Below are positions 35,417-36,199 of a stretch of DNA of 36,199 nucleotides, piece by piece. Each line of letters starts with the position of its first letter. Position 1 is the first letter of the stretch. Origin of the DNA: Myxococcota bacterium (GTDB lineage Bacteria; Myxococcota; UBA4151); NCBI GenBank assembly GCA_036338695.1, contig JAYZBQ010000050.1, positions 1-36,199 of the forward strand, in the 5' to 3' direction. The position numbers and the translations under genes were made by a program. Under the pieces are notes generated by a model. That model had not been told where the DNA came from and ran no database searches. It saw only the letters and a list, made by a program, of their open reading frames with translations.

Positions 35417-36070
35417 TTAGACGCGGCGATAGACGCCGATCACCAAACCGAGAATCGAAAACTCGCGCCCCTCATCGGGATACCAAACGATCGGCGCCAT
35501 GCTCGAATTCGCAGGCTGAAGACGGATCGAGCCCGCCTCGGGGTGATAATACTTGCAGGTGGTGTCACCGTCGATCATGGCGATCACCATGTCGCCCGGC
35601 CGGGCGACGCTCGAGGCGCGCACGAACACGTAGTCGCCGTCATGAATTCCGGCTTCGATCATCGACTCGCCGCTAATGACCAAGCTAAAGACGTCCTCAC
35701 GACGCCCCTCCGTAAAGAACGGATCGACCAGCAGAGTCTCCTCTGCGTGCTCCTCGGCCAGGAGCGGCTCGCCCGCTGCGACGCGACCCAGCACCGGGAC
35801 CCGCACGGGCTGGGTTTGCGGCATAAAGTTGATCAGATTGCTCGGCGTGGCGAGCGGCTCATCGCAGACAACGATGCCGCGGCTGCGGTGCTGATCGCGG
35901 CGAATCACCCCCTTTTTCTCGAGCGCTTTGACGTGCGACGCCGCTGCGTTGGTCGAGGAAAACCCAAAGGTGGCGGCGATCTCCCGCATGGTCGGAGGAT
36001 AGCCCTGCTCCTGCGTAAACACGCGCAGGAAATCGAGGATCTCTTGTTGTCGTGCGGTGAGCTCAACCAT
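35417..36070 (-). CDS. lexA: SOS repressor LexA
   Basis: LTARQQEIL..GYPPTMREI winged HTH, Ala-Gly cleavage site (GRVAAGEP), catalytic Ser (GESM) and Lys (TCKY); AGGAG RBS. Confidence 0.97.
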   Translation of the reverse strand: MVELTARQQEILDFLRVFTQEQGYPPTMREIAATFGFSSTNAAASHVKALEKKGVIRRDQHRSRGIVVCDEPLATPSNLINFMPQTQPVRVPVLGRVAAGEPLLAEEHAEETLLVDPFFTEGRREDVFSLVISGESMIEAGIHDGDYVFVRASSVARPGDMVIAMIDGDTTCKYYHPEAGSIRLQPANSSMAPIVWYPDEGREFSILGLVIGVYRRV

Positions 36071-36101
36071 GGGTTTCTCCTATCGACCGCCGTCATGCAG
36101 C

Positions 36102-36117
36102 CTGTCCATTTGTACAG
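36102..36117. promoter_or_regulatory. Putative LexA box 1
   Basis: CTGTCCATTTGTACAG = CTGT-N8-ACAG, 31 nt upstream of the lexA ATG. Confidence 0.75.
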
Positions 36118-36124
36118 TATACCA
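36116..36124 (-). promoter_or_regulatory. Extended -10 promoter element for lexA
   Basis: Minus strand TGG-TATACT (TGn plus -10), lying between the two boxes and overlapping box 1. Confidence 0.6.
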
Positions 36125-36125
36125 A

Positions 36126-36141
36126 CTGAACATACAAGCAG
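36126..36141. promoter_or_regulatory. Putative LexA box 2
   Basis: CTGAACATACAAGCAG = CTG-N10-CAG; the reverse strand ends in GTTCAG, as in the Myxococcus-type box. Confidence 0.65.
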
Positions 36142-36199
36142 TCAGTGCCTAACGCCCCCTCCCCGCAACCGCGCCCTGCAGGCGACGGGAAGCGGTAGG

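Overview
A GC-rich chromosomal segment with no phage, IS, CRISPR, rRNA or tRNA that I can support. It most likely comes from a Myxococcota/deltaproteobacterial genome: this is inferred from Myxococcus-type Cys-rich repeats, a MYXO-CTERM-like tail and the lnt-prfB and lysS-lolE-lolD-bamA gene order. The backbone is a minus-strand envelope-biogenesis cluster: lexA, a DUF2079-like GT-C, lnt, prfB ... lysS, lolC/E, lolD, bamA, lpxB, a PAP2 phosphatase, a polyprenyl-phosphate glycosyltransferase, msbA ... waaA, lpxK, hldA, hldC, a GT9 heptosyltransferase, yicC and gmk. Two blocks made mostly of lipoprotein genes interrupt it. The first (6433-13591) holds an ATPase-less Opp/Dpp transporter and a 13-repeat Cys-rich/fibrinogen-like lipoprotein. 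The second (24097-30576) holds a YyaL-like protein, a PPC-repeat lipoprotein, an Sfp-type PPTase and an S1 protease. The most notable observations are: a candidate lipid A 'phosphate-to-sugar' remodelling module wired into lpxB-msbA; a ~270-aa unexplained periplasmic insertion in OppB; a 4-Cys module inserted in the catalytic domain of Lnt that matches the repeats of the nearby protease; a LolC/E with extra helices and an acidic loop; prfB without its programmed frameshift; and tandem SOS boxes around the lexA promoter. All product calls come from recognising motifs by eye; no searches were run.
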